52,711 bases of DNA from Streptosporangiaceae bacterium (GTDB taxonomy: Bacteria; Actinomycetota; Actinomycetes; Streptosporangiales; Streptosporangiaceae). The notes below the pieces were generated by a model, which searched no databases, was not told the origin of the DNA, and saw only the letters and a program-made list of their open reading frames with translations. The position numbers were made by a program, and so were the translations under genes. The stretch spans positions 1 through 52,711 of the forward strand of contig DATJLT010000164.1 in assembly GCA_035509195.1 (NCBI GenBank), given 5' to 3'. Positions 36,729-45,725 of the stretch are shown here, piece by piece; within the stretch, counting starts at the first letter, position 1; each line of letters begins with the position of its first letter.

Positions 36729-37545
36729 CGGCAAGTGCGCTCTCGTCGCCGGGGGGACGAGCGGCCTCGGGCTGGCAGCGGCCAGGGAACTGGCCGCGGA
36801 AGGCGCGCACGTCGCGATCTGCGGGCGCGACGAGGAGAGACTGGCCGCCGCCGAGCGCGCGATCAAGGCAGCGGCGCGCGGCCGGGTACTAGCGGCAAGA
36901 ACCGACATCACCGACCGGGCTGCCGCCGCGCAGTGGACAGGCGAAGTCGCCGCGGACTTCGGCGCCCTGCACATCGTGCTGATCAGCGGCGGCAGCCCTC
37001 CCTTCGGCCCGGCGACCGCGTTCGGCCCGGATGCTTATGCCCACGCGATCGAGCAGGTGCTGATCCCGGCTGTCGCGCTGACCGAGGCGGCGCTACCGCA
37101 CCTGAAGAGGGCAGGCTGGGGGCGCCTGCTCTACATCGCGTCGGAAACGGCCTGCGCGCCGGTACCTGAACTCGCGCTTTCCGGCGTGACCAGGGCCGCG
37201 CTCGTGAGGTTCGCCCAGGCTGTCGCCGCGGAGACCGGGCGTGACGGCATCACCGCCAACGTCCTCGCCCCTGGCAACACCAGGACGCCGCCAATGGAAC
37301 GACTCGCCGCCCGTCTGGCTGAGCGAGAAGGCACCGGCATGGAAACTCAGCTCGACGCTATGGGCCGGCACAACGCGATCGGGCGGCTGGCGAGGCCAGA
37401 GGAGGTCGCCGCGATGGTCACGTTCCTGGCCAGCGAACGCGCCTCCTACCTCACCGGCGGCGTGCACCTGATCGATGGCGGCGCCAGCGTGATGGGACCA
37501 GAACTGCCGCACCTGGCCCTGATGAGGGCGGAGAAGAGCAAATGA
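36712..37545 (+). CDS. SDR-fold oxidoreductase with non-canonical active-site positions
   Basis: GGTSGLG cofactor motif and an IASE serine segment. The usual YxxxK position reads S-G-V-T-R. TTG 36712 is preceded by GAAAGGAG and overlaps the sulfotransferase 3' end by 17 nt. Confidence 0.75.
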   Translation: MDTGLDGKCALVAGGTSGLGLAAARELAAEGAHVAICGRDEERLAAAERAIKAAARGRVLAARTDITDRAAAAQWTGEVAADFGALHIVLISGGSPPFGPATAFGPDAYAHAIEQVLIPAVALTEAALPHLKRAGWGRLLYIASETACAPVPELALSGVTRAALVRFAQAVAAETGRDGITANVLAPGNTRTPPMERLAARLAEREGTGMETQLDAMGRHNAIGRLARPEEVAAMVTFLASERASYLTGGVHLIDGGASVMGPELPHLALMRAEKSK

Positions 37546-37558
37546 GAGCGGAGAAAAG

Positions 37559-38371
37559 ATGACCTTCACCGAGCAGGACGTCGCCGACTTCTTCGACCAG
37601 ACCACGCAGACCTATCTCAGCTTCTGGGACAGCGAAGGCGTGCTGCACACCGGCTACTTCGATGGTCCTGGCGACGAGGACTACCACGCGGCCGCGACGA
37701 GAACATCCGACCTGCTCGCAGCCGAAGCGGGCATCGACGCGACCGCGAAGGTGCTCGACGTCGGCTGCGGCTGCGGCAACTTCCTCTTCGACCTCGCCGC
37801 GAAGACAGGCGCCGAGGGCACGGGCCTTGATCTCTCGATCGAGCGCATCAGCTTCGCCAGGCAAAGGCAAGACGGCGCCAAGATCGAGTTCGTGCACGGC
37901 TCGGCCACGAACATGCCCTTCGACGACGCCACCTTCACCCACGTCGTCAGCCAGGACGCCCTCTTCCTCATCCCTGACAAGCCGCGCAGCCACGCCGAGA
38001 TCTACCGGGTGCTGCGCCCGGGAGGCCTGCTCGCGTTCTCAGATTTCCTTCAGCCAAGGAAAGAGATCGGCCAGCGAGCCCGCCAGCACGTCTACGACCG
38101 CGTCCGCTGGAACGACGGCTACTCGCTGATCGGATACCAGGAGGCACTCGCGGGCGCGGGCTTCGAGATCTTGCTGGCCCGCAGCCTCCGCGATCACATC
38201 GGCCAGACCTACCGCGTGCTCGGGCAGATGGCCAGTGACCGGGCGGGTACCACGGACGACACCGCCGCGCGTGACTGGATGCTCGCGTTCGCCGCGTCCT
38301 GCGGCGAGATCCAGCTCGCGATCGCCGAAGGCGAATTCGGCTGGGGAATCTTCATCGCACGCAAACCATGA
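37559..38371 (+). CDS. class I SAM-dependent methyltransferase
   Basis: 270 aa. Motif I VLDVGCGCGNFLFDLA and LRPGGLLAFSD. Confidence 0.85.
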   Translation: MTFTEQDVADFFDQTTQTYLSFWDSEGVLHTGYFDGPGDEDYHAAATRTSDLLAAEAGIDATAKVLDVGCGCGNFLFDLAAKTGAEGTGLDLSIERISFARQRQDGAKIEFVHGSATNMPFDDATFTHVVSQDALFLIPDKPRSHAEIYRVLRPGGLLAFSDFLQPRKEIGQRARQHVYDRVRWNDGYSLIGYQEALAGAGFEILLARSLRDHIGQTYRVLGQMASDRAGTTDDTAARDWMLAFAASCGEIQLAIAEGEFGWGIFIARKP

Positions 38372-39264
38372 GGAGCGGGGAAATGCAGCAAGCCGAAGGC
38401 ATCAAGGCCACCCTGGCCGACGTCGTCGCGGCGCGGAGCAGCGAACTGCTTCCCGGCCGCAGGTTCGTGAACGAGTGCCTGGAGCACGGCAAGGACGCGT
38501 GCGTTGACTACGACGTGACGATCACGGACTCGCTGAGCAGCTCACGCCGCAAGCCGCGCTACCCGGCACGCAACATGCTGAAGGTTGTGGACCTGTCCAG
38601 GGACCCGCGCAGTTACTACTGGCACGAGAGCCCCGCGCAGCCCGGCGATCCCGAGGTTGCCGGAGCCGGCCTGCGTCCAGAGGCGGCTAATACCTCGGGC
38701 ATGTCTCCCGTGCCTGACCTGCTCACCACGACCGCCTGGGTGCAGGTGCCTGACGGCCTGTGGGAAGACCCTCCGACGTTCGAGTCCTTCCTCAACTACC
38801 GCCTCATCGTCCGGCTGTGCACGGCGGAGAACGTCACGATCATCACCGGGGAAAGCGGGCTGCTCGGATTGCCTGGCATCGCACGGCTGTCCTCAGCCGG
38901 CGAACCCGGCTCGGCCATCCTCTCGGCCTGCAACGAGGTCGAACAGGTCGGCTGCACCGCCGACGGCCTGATCATCAACCCGGCCGACTACTACAAGCTG
39001 CTCGGCACCGGCCGCCTGATGCAGAACGTCGAGGAAAACGGCGTCTTCATCGTCAGGACCAGGCTCGTGGAGCAGGGCACGGCGATCGTGGGTGACTTCG
39101 GGCACGGCGCGCAGCTTTTCGACGCCGGGCGCTCGGTCATCAAGTTCGAAGAGCCGCCGCCAGGCACGTTCGCCCATCCGGGCGCAGGCCTCGCGCTCAA
39201 GGCCGAGATCTACGAACGGGTCGTCGTCAACCTGCCGGCTACGTTCTTCGTCGTGTCGGTCTAG
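38368..39264 (+). CDS. HK97-fold major-capsid-like protein; candidate Family-3 (natural-product) encapsulin shell protein
   Basis: 298 aa. The C-terminal half matches the pattern I recall for HK97-family capsid proteins (PF05065): LIINPADYYKL...GVFIVRTRLVEQGTAIVGDFGHGAQLFDAGRSVIKF...LALKAEIYERVVVNLPATFFVV. ATG 38368 overlaps the methyltransferase stop (ATGA). An alternative ATG at 38383 follows GAGGAG. The stop is 2 nt before the next gene. No portal, terminase, protease or tail genes occur in the window. Confidence 0.75.
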   Translation: MRSGEMQQAEGIKATLADVVAARSSELLPGRRFVNECLEHGKDACVDYDVTITDSLSSSRRKPRYPARNMLKVVDLSRDPRSYYWHESPAQPGDPEVAGAGLRPEAANTSGMSPVPDLLTTTAWVQVPDGLWEDPPTFESFLNYRLIVRLCTAENVTIITGESGLLGLPGIARLSSAGEPGSAILSACNEVEQVGCTADGLIINPADYYKLLGTGRLMQNVEENGVFIVRTRLVEQGTAIVGDFGHGAQLFDAGRSVIKFEEPPPGTFAHPGAGLALKAEIYERVVVNLPATFFVVSV

Positions 39265-39266
39265 CC

Positions 39267-40532
39267 GTGCCCGGTAAAGACCCTGAGGTGCTTGTCGTCG
39301 GCGCGGGCGCGGCCGGCCTGTTCGGCGCTTACTTCCTTCGCCAGCGCGGCCTCAACGTCACCGTGGTCGACGCCGGCCAGGTCGGCGGCCCGCAGTCCTG
39401 CTCGGCTGGCAACACCGGCTTCGTCGGCAGTCAGGGCGCCGCGCCTCTCGCCGAGCCTGGCGTGCTGCGCCAGGGGTTCCGCTGGCTGGCCAGCTACCGC
39501 AGCCCGTTCTCTATCACGCCAAGGCCATCGCCTGCCTTGATCTCCTGGCTGTTGCGGTTCAGCCGGCTGTGCAATGAGGCGGACGCCAAGCGCTGCTTCG
39601 CCGTGCTCGTCGAGCAGAAACGACGCAGCCTGCGGATACTTCGAGAGGTGTGCGCGTCTGGCGAGCTCGCCGACTGCCTCATCGAGCCCGGCATGGTCGT
39701 GGCCTACAAGACAAAGATCGCTTTCGACCAAGCGTGCACCGCCCTACCAGAAGCCGTGAGCCGCGGCGTGCCGCTCAGTGTCCTTGACGCCGCCGAACTT
39801 AAGGCCCTGGCGCCAGAGGTGACGTTCGACATCCACGGCGCCTTGTTCAACGCGGAGGGCGCGGCCCTCGCGGTCCCTGCCTTCCTGACCGGGTTCTCGC
39901 GCCTGCTCGAGTCCATGGGCGTACGCATCGTGCCAGGCGCACGGGTGACGGGTTTCCGCGTCGCCGGCCGGCGGGTCAGCCTGGTACGGACGACTCAGGG
40001 CGACTTCCGCCCTGGCGAGGTCGTGATAGCGGCGGGCGCCTGGTCGGCGCGATGCGCGGCGATGCTCGGCCTGCGTCTGCCCCTCCAGCCTGCCAGGGGC
40101 TATACCGTCACGGTCCCGAGCACCGGCGGCGCCCCCGTACTGCCAGTGCTGCTTTCCGAAGGGAAGGTCGCACTGATGCCGCTCGGTGACCGGCTGCGGT
40201 TCGGCGGCACGCTGCAGCTTGCCGGGCTCAGCACGAGTACCTCGCGGCGCCGGGTCGATGGAATCGTGTCGACCGTGCGGTCATACCTGCCAGACCTCAC
40301 GGTCGGCGCCGACCGCGAGGTCTGGACCGGGCTGCGGCCTTGCACGCCTGACAGCATCCCGCTCATCGGGAGGGCCGGGGCGTACGGGAACGTCTTCGTC
40401 GCCTGCGGGCACGGCTACATCGGCCTCGGACTCGCCCCGGCGGGCGGCCGGCTACTCGCTCAGCTCATGACCGGTGAGGAGCCCGAGGTCGATCCTTCTC
40501 CGTTCCAGCCGGGGCGGTTCAGCTATGGGTGA
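39267..40532 (+). CDS. FAD-dependent oxidoreductase (D-amino-acid dehydrogenase/oxidase family)
   Basis: 421 aa. VLVVGAGAAGLFGAYFL dinucleotide fold. The C-terminal GHGYIGLGLAPAGGRLLAQLMTGEEP is typical of DAO-family enzymes. Confidence 0.8.
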   Translation: MPGKDPEVLVVGAGAAGLFGAYFLRQRGLNVTVVDAGQVGGPQSCSAGNTGFVGSQGAAPLAEPGVLRQGFRWLASYRSPFSITPRPSPALISWLLRFSRLCNEADAKRCFAVLVEQKRRSLRILREVCASGELADCLIEPGMVVAYKTKIAFDQACTALPEAVSRGVPLSVLDAAELKALAPEVTFDIHGALFNAEGAALAVPAFLTGFSRLLESMGVRIVPGARVTGFRVAGRRVSLVRTTQGDFRPGEVVIAAGAWSARCAAMLGLRLPLQPARGYTVTVPSTGGAPVLPVLLSEGKVALMPLGDRLRFGGTLQLAGLSTSTSRRRVDGIVSTVRSYLPDLTVGADREVWTGLRPCTPDSIPLIGRAGAYGNVFVACGHGYIGLGLAPAGGRLLAQLMTGEEPEVDPSPFQPGRFSYG

Positions 40533-41226
40533 GGTCCCGATCGGGGTGCTCTGCCTGGAGACCGCGTTCACCAAGATCCCCGGCCATATCAGGAACCCGG
40601 TGACGTTCGGGTTCCCTGTCATCTACCAGGTGGTGAGCGGGGCGACACCTGAACGGGTGGTGACCCAGGGTGATCCGGCGCTGCTCGAGCCGTTCATCAA
40701 GGCGGCAAAGGACCTGACCGCGCAGGGGGCCGCGGCCATAACCACCGGCTGCGGGTTTCTCGTGCTTTTCCAGCGGGAACTCGCCGCCGCGGTCAACGTT
40801 CCGGTTTACACGTCGAGCCTGATCCAGCTTCCGATGGTCGCGGCGATGCTGAGGCCGGGCCAGCAGGTCGGGCTGCTGGTCGCGAAGAAGGAGGCGCTGA
40901 CCGGGGCGCACCTGGCCGCAGTCGGGGCGGCCGGGCTGCCCGTACGGGTCGCCGGGATGGCCGGGCAGCCAGAGTTCCGCGAGGTCATCCTCGAGGGGCG
41001 GCGGACATCACTTGACGTTGCCAGGCTGCGGGGCGAGGTGCTCGCCGAAGCCGGCCGGCTCGCGGGCCCCGACCTCGGGGCTGTGGTCATCGAGTGCACT
41101 GACCTGGTGCCGTTCGCACCGGACATTCAGGAACTGCTCCAAGTGCCCGTGTTCGACATCGTGACGCTGACGCGCATGGTGCATGAGAGCCTGACCAGAA
41201 AGGCGGTAAAGACCAATGTCTGCTGA
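40525..41226 (+). CDS. Asp/Glu/hydantoin-racemase-family protein
   Basis: MGEVPIGVLCLET..., with two Cys-containing segments ITTGCGFL and VVIECTDLVPF as in this racemase/isomerase family. ATG 40525 overlaps the preceding stop by 8 nt. Confidence 0.7.
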   Translation: MGEVPIGVLCLETAFTKIPGHIRNPVTFGFPVIYQVVSGATPERVVTQGDPALLEPFIKAAKDLTAQGAAAITTGCGFLVLFQRELAAAVNVPVYTSSLIQLPMVAAMLRPGQQVGLLVAKKEALTGAHLAAVGAAGLPVRVAGMAGQPEFREVILEGRRTSLDVARLRGEVLAEAGRLAGPDLGAVVIECTDLVPFAPDIQELLQVPVFDIVTLTRMVHESLTRKAVKTNVC

Positions 41227-42814
41227 GGTGCGCGACCCCTACCGTGAGCACGGCTGGTGGCGCGACGAGACCTTCCTTGATGACCTGCGGCGTTTTGCCA
41301 GGGAGACACCGGACCGGCCGGCGCTGATCAGCCACCGCGACGGCGAGGACCGGGTGGTCAGCTACGCCGAGCTGGCCAGCCTTACCGAGAACTGCGCGAT
41401 CCGGCTGGCCGAGCTTGGGGTGGGGCCAGGCGATGTCGTGGCCGTCCAGTTGCCTAACTGGTGGGAACTGCTGCCGCTCGGGCTCGCCTGCGCCAGGATC
41501 GGCGCGATCTTCTCGCCCTTGCTGATCATTTACCGCAGGCGGGAACTCGACTTCGTGCTACGGCTCACCGAAGCGAAGGTCGTGGTGACGATGGGGGAGT
41601 GGGAGGGGGTCAGGCTCGGCGACGTAGTCGCCGAGCTTGCCGCCGGGTTGCCAAGCCCGCCGCACGTCCTCGTGGCCGGCCAGCCGGGTGCCCGGTTCTT
41701 TGAGGACTTCTTCTTCGGCTCGCCTGCCGTGGCAGGCGAAGTGCCGCCAGGTGCCGAACTCGGTCCTGACGACCCGTTCCTCCTGCTGTTCACCTCCGGC
41801 ACGACCGGCGAGTCGAAAGGCGTGCTGCACAGCCAGAACACCCTGTTCGCCTCGGCCAGCGCCTACGCCGACGTCCTTGGCCAGGACGCGGACACGGTCG
41901 CGTTCATCAGCCACGTCGCGACCCACTACTCGGGATTCGTGACCGGGATGCTGACTTCCCTGCTGCGCGGCGGGTCGACGCTCATACTCGGGGTCTGGGA
42001 CGCGCCGACGTTCGTGGAGGTCGCGCCCCGCTACGGGGCCACGACGTTCTACGGCGCGCCCAACTTCCTCGTTGACCTGCTGGCGGCGCAGCAGGCCAGT
42101 CCGGGGGATCTCAGTTCCCTGCGGTACGTGATCAGCGGGTCGGCGCCGATCCCGCCGCTGGTGCTCGAGCGGATCAGGGCTGTTTTTGACGCGAAGGTGG
42201 TCGCGCTCTGGGGAATGACCGAGAACGGCGCTACGACGATCACCAGGCCGGACGACCCGCCCGACTGGGCCGAGCACAGCGACGGCAGCCCGCTGGGCGG
42301 CATGGAGATCCGCATCGATACCTCGGTCGTGCCTGCCAGCGAAGACGGCTCAGGCCTGTTCCTGGTGCGCGGGCCGAGCCAGTGTCTCGGCTACTTCAAG
42401 CGCGAGGCGCTGTACGCGTCCTGCCTGGACGCCGACGGCTGGTTCGACACCGGCGACCTGGCCCGCCCAGACGGGCGCGGCGGGATCAGGATCACCGGCC
42501 GTATCAAGGACGTCATCGTCGCCAAGGCCATCAACGTGCCGGTCACCGAGGTAGAAGACGCCCTGCTCAGGCATCCTCTGGTCAAAGACGCCGCGGTCGT
42601 CGGGGTGCCGACCGAATCTGACGAGCTCGTCTGCGCGGTCGTTGTGCCTCGCGGCGAGGCGCCCTCGCTCGACTCGCTGCGCGAGCACCTCACCGGCGAG
42701 GGCTTCAGCGATTTGTTCCTGCCAGGCCGTCTCGAATTGCTCGGCGAGCTGCCGAGAACCGTCACCGGCAAGGTGCGCAAGGTGGAACTGCGCGCGCAGT
42801 TCGCCGGAACGTGA
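41216..42814 (+). CDS. AMP-dependent synthetase/ligase (ANL superfamily, acyl/aryl-CoA-ligase type)
   Basis: 532 aa. The AMP-binding motif is LLFTSGTTGESKGV, with a C-terminal GKVRK. The start overlaps the racemase stop by 11 nt. Confidence 0.85.
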   Translation: MSAEVRDPYREHGWWRDETFLDDLRRFARETPDRPALISHRDGEDRVVSYAELASLTENCAIRLAELGVGPGDVVAVQLPNWWELLPLGLACARIGAIFSPLLIIYRRRELDFVLRLTEAKVVVTMGEWEGVRLGDVVAELAAGLPSPPHVLVAGQPGARFFEDFFFGSPAVAGEVPPGAELGPDDPFLLLFTSGTTGESKGVLHSQNTLFASASAYADVLGQDADTVAFISHVATHYSGFVTGMLTSLLRGGSTLILGVWDAPTFVEVAPRYGATTFYGAPNFLVDLLAAQQASPGDLSSLRYVISGSAPIPPLVLERIRAVFDAKVVALWGMTENGATTITRPDDPPDWAEHSDGSPLGGMEIRIDTSVVPASEDGSGLFLVRGPSQCLGYFKREALYASCLDADGWFDTGDLARPDGRGGIRITGRIKDVIVAKAINVPVTEVEDALLRHPLVKDAAVVGVPTESDELVCAVVVPRGEAPSLDSLREHLTGEGFSDLFLPGRLELLGELPRTVTGKVRKVELRAQFAGT

Positions 42815-44226
42815 GGCCAGGGCAGCGGATCGTGCTCGCGTTCCTGTGCGCGGGCGTGTTCCTCGCTGCCCTCGACTTCTACATCGTGAGCATCGCGATC
42901 CCCGGCATGCTGCGCAGCTTCCCCGGCACGGGGATTACCGGCATTTCCTGGGTCATTGATGGCTATACGGTGACCTACACCGCGGCATTGTTGCCTGCGG
43001 GCGGGCTCGCCGACCGGTACGGCCGCCGCCGGGTGTTTCTTGGCGGCTTAATGATCTTTACCTTGGCCGCACTCGGGTGCGCGATTGCTCCCTCGGCCGG
43101 GGTGCTTGTGTGGGCCAGGTTCTTGCAGGGCGTCGGCGGCGGCACGATCACGCCGATCGCGCTCACGCTGATCGTGCCGAGGTTCCCTGCCGAGCGGCGC
43201 GGCTCGGCGGTCGGGCTCTGGGCGGCGACCCAGTCCGCCGCCGTCGCGGCCGGGCCGTCCGTTGGCGGGTTCCTTGTGTCGGCGGCTGGCTGGAGGGCGG
43301 TGTTCTTGCTGCAGGTGCCGGTCGGGCTGGTCGCGATCCTCGGCGCGGTGTTCGCGCTGCGCGGGGAGGCGCCGTCCGCACCCCGCGGCGCGCCTGGCGG
43401 GCATACGCTGCCTGACCTGCTCGGCGTGGGCCTGCTTGGCGGCGCGGTCGGGCTGTTCGCCCTGGCAGTTGTCGAGGCTAAGGCCTGGGGCGTGCTGAGC
43501 CTGCGCACTGACGTCGCTTTCTGCTGCGGCCTGGGACTCGGGGTGCTGTTCGTGCTGCGCACCGGCAGGGTCAAGGTGCCGGTCGTTGACCTCGGGCTGC
43601 TTCGGATCCGCGCCGTGCGGCTGGTCAATGTCGCGATGGTTCTGGCCGGCCTGGTGATGTTCGCGCTGCCGTTCGGGCTGGTGCTCTTTCTCATCGGGGT
43701 CTGGAGCTACTCGCCAGCTCGCGCGGGCCTGGCGATCACGCCAGGCCCGGTCGTCCAGGCGGCGGCCGCGTTGCTCGCGGCCAGAATCACGAACCGGTTT
43801 GGTGCCCGCGCCGCCGCCGTTCCGGGAGCCGTCCTGCTAGCGGCCGGCCTCTCGATGCTCGCACTCGGCGCGAGCGCCTTGCCGCGATACCCGGAGGTCG
43901 TGCTGCCGGCGATCGTGGCGACCAGTACCGGGCTCGGGTTCCTGATCACCTCGCTGAGTTCGGTCATCGTCGGCGCGGTCCCCGCCGCGGCGCTCGCGTC
44001 TGGTACTGCCCTGTCGGTCACCGCCCGTGCCATCGGCGCGATCATCAGCCTCTCCGCGTTCGCGCTGCTGCTCGCCGCCGTGCCCGGCGGCACCCGTGCC
44101 GCCAGCGCTTACCATCTCGCCTGGATCGTCATGTCGGCGATCGCGCTCGTACTAGTCGGCGTCACCTGGTCCGCCCGCAGCGGAATCGGTCCGCACCTGA
44201 TTGTGACCGCCTTACGGCAGGAATGA
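42811..44226 (+). CDS. MFS transporter (14-TM, drug:H+ antiporter-2 type)
   Basis: 471 aa. Motif A is GGLADRYGRRRVFLGGL. The GTGA overlap with the ligase stop suggests translational coupling. Confidence 0.85.
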   Translation: MRPGQRIVLAFLCAGVFLAALDFYIVSIAIPGMLRSFPGTGITGISWVIDGYTVTYTAALLPAGGLADRYGRRRVFLGGLMIFTLAALGCAIAPSAGVLVWARFLQGVGGGTITPIALTLIVPRFPAERRGSAVGLWAATQSAAVAAGPSVGGFLVSAAGWRAVFLLQVPVGLVAILGAVFALRGEAPSAPRGAPGGHTLPDLLGVGLLGGAVGLFALAVVEAKAWGVLSLRTDVAFCCGLGLGVLFVLRTGRVKVPVVDLGLLRIRAVRLVNVAMVLAGLVMFALPFGLVLFLIGVWSYSPARAGLAITPGPVVQAAAALLAARITNRFGARAAAVPGAVLLAAGLSMLALGASALPRYPEVVLPAIVATSTGLGFLITSLSSVIVGAVPAAALASGTALSVTARAIGAIISLSAFALLLAAVPGGTRAASAYHLAWIVMSAIALVLVGVTWSARSGIGPHLIVTALRQE

Positions 44227-44269
44227 TGAAGGCGGGAAGCCGGCGCTGGCGAGCGGAGCGGGGCGTGGC

Positions 44270-45676
44270 ATGGAACGAATGAGTACCCTTGATGCGGGGT
44301 TTTACTTCGTCGAGCATCGCAACGTGCCGATGCATATCGGTTCGCTGGCGGTATTCGAGGGCCCCGCGCCTTCCTACGAAGACCTGCTCACGCTGTTCGC
44401 GGCCAGGCTGCCTGCCGTGCCGAGGTACCGGCAGGTGGTGCGGACGGCGCCGCTGCAGATCTTCCGGCCTTACTGGTCGGATGACACCGAGTTCGAGCTC
44501 AGCTATCACCTGCGCCACGCCGCCGTGCCGCCGCCAGGCGGCCCGGCCGAACTGCGCGCGCTCGCGAGCCGGGTGTTCGCGCAGCGGCTCGACCGTGAGC
44601 GGCCGCTGTGGGAAGCTTGGTTCCTCGAAGGGCTGGCAGGCGGTCGCTGGGCGATCTTGTCGAAGGTGCATCACAGCATGGTGGACGGGGTCGGCGGCTC
44701 CGACTTGATGGCGGAGCTTTTCGACCTCACCCCTGAACCACGCCCGCAGCAGCCCGAGCCCTGGCAGCCGCGACCGGGCCCCTCGCCAGCCGAACTGGTC
44801 ATCGGCGGTGCGGTAGACACGATCACGTGGCCGGTCAGGCAGGTCGCCGAGCTGCCAGGGCTTCTCGGGGCGCGGCTGCCGACGTCGGCGGATCTCGCCG
44901 GCTTCGGACGTGGCCTCACCGGCAGCGCGCGCAGGCTGGCCGAGCCCTCGGCATCCTCGCTGAACGGGCCGATCAGCCCGCACCGCAGGTGGACGTGGAC
45001 GACGGCGAAGCTAACGCACATCAGGCGGGTCAGGCAGGCGTTCGGCGTGACCGTGAACGATGTCGTTCTTGCCATGACCACGGCCGGGTTCCGCGATTTG
45101 CTGAAGACCAGGGGCGAACTGAGCAGTGACCTGGTCGTCCGTTCGCTCGTGCCGGTGTCGCTGCGCGGCCCTGACGACCGGCAGCCGGTCAGCAACCGCA
45201 TCTCGGCGATCCTGGTCAACCTCCCCGTGGGGGTGGCCGATCCGGTGGCCAGGCTCAAGTCGCTGCACAGCCAGATGAGCGACCTGAAGCGGACCAGGCA
45301 GGCCGTCGGCGCCGAGTTCCTCACCGGCCTGCTCGGCTTCGCCGCTCCTTCGCTGCTGGCCCTCGGCTCGCGGGCCGCGTTCAGGATCCCGCAGCCGCTG
45401 GTGCAGACCGTGACCACGAACGTTCCGGGACCCCAGTTCCCCCTCTACCTGCTCGGCCGCAAGCTGACCGAGCTATACCCGTATGTGCCGATCGGCGACA
45501 ACCTCCGCATCGGCGTGGCCATCTTCTCCTACCTGGAAACCTTCGCGTTCGGCGTGACTGCCGACTACCGCGCCATGACAGAAGCCGACCTTGAGGTGCT
45601 GACGGCCGGTTTCGACCGTGGCCTGGCCGAGCTGAAGAAGCGCTCAGGCCCCGCGTCGTCCCGCCGCGAAGCCTGA
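44270..45676 (+). CDS. wax-ester synthase / diacylglycerol acyltransferase (WS/DGAT)
   Basis: 468 aa with the HHSMVDGVGG active-site motif (HHxxxDG) and a typical N-terminus MSTLDAGFYFVE. Confidence 0.85.
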   Translation: MERMSTLDAGFYFVEHRNVPMHIGSLAVFEGPAPSYEDLLTLFAARLPAVPRYRQVVRTAPLQIFRPYWSDDTEFELSYHLRHAAVPPPGGPAELRALASRVFAQRLDRERPLWEAWFLEGLAGGRWAILSKVHHSMVDGVGGSDLMAELFDLTPEPRPQQPEPWQPRPGPSPAELVIGGAVDTITWPVRQVAELPGLLGARLPTSADLAGFGRGLTGSARRLAEPSASSLNGPISPHRRWTWTTAKLTHIRRVRQAFGVTVNDVVLAMTTAGFRDLLKTRGELSSDLVVRSLVPVSLRGPDDRQPVSNRISAILVNLPVGVADPVARLKSLHSQMSDLKRTRQAVGAEFLTGLLGFAAPSLLALGSRAAFRIPQPLVQTVTTNVPGPQFPLYLLGRKLTELYPYVPIGDNLRIGVAIFSYLETFAFGVTADYRAMTEADLEVLTAGFDRGLAELKKRSGPASSRREA

Positions 45677-45725
45677 GCGCGGCACGCCGACTCCCCGATG
45701 CCGGCGCAACGCGGGGGAGCCAGGA

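Noticed and set aside
33306-45676. Prophage or phage remnant, as an explanation for the capsid-like gene
   Set aside because: No portal, terminase, protease, tail, lysis, integrase or repressor genes occur anywhere in the window. The capsid-like gene overlaps or abuts metabolic enzyme genes on both sides, and its codon usage looks native.
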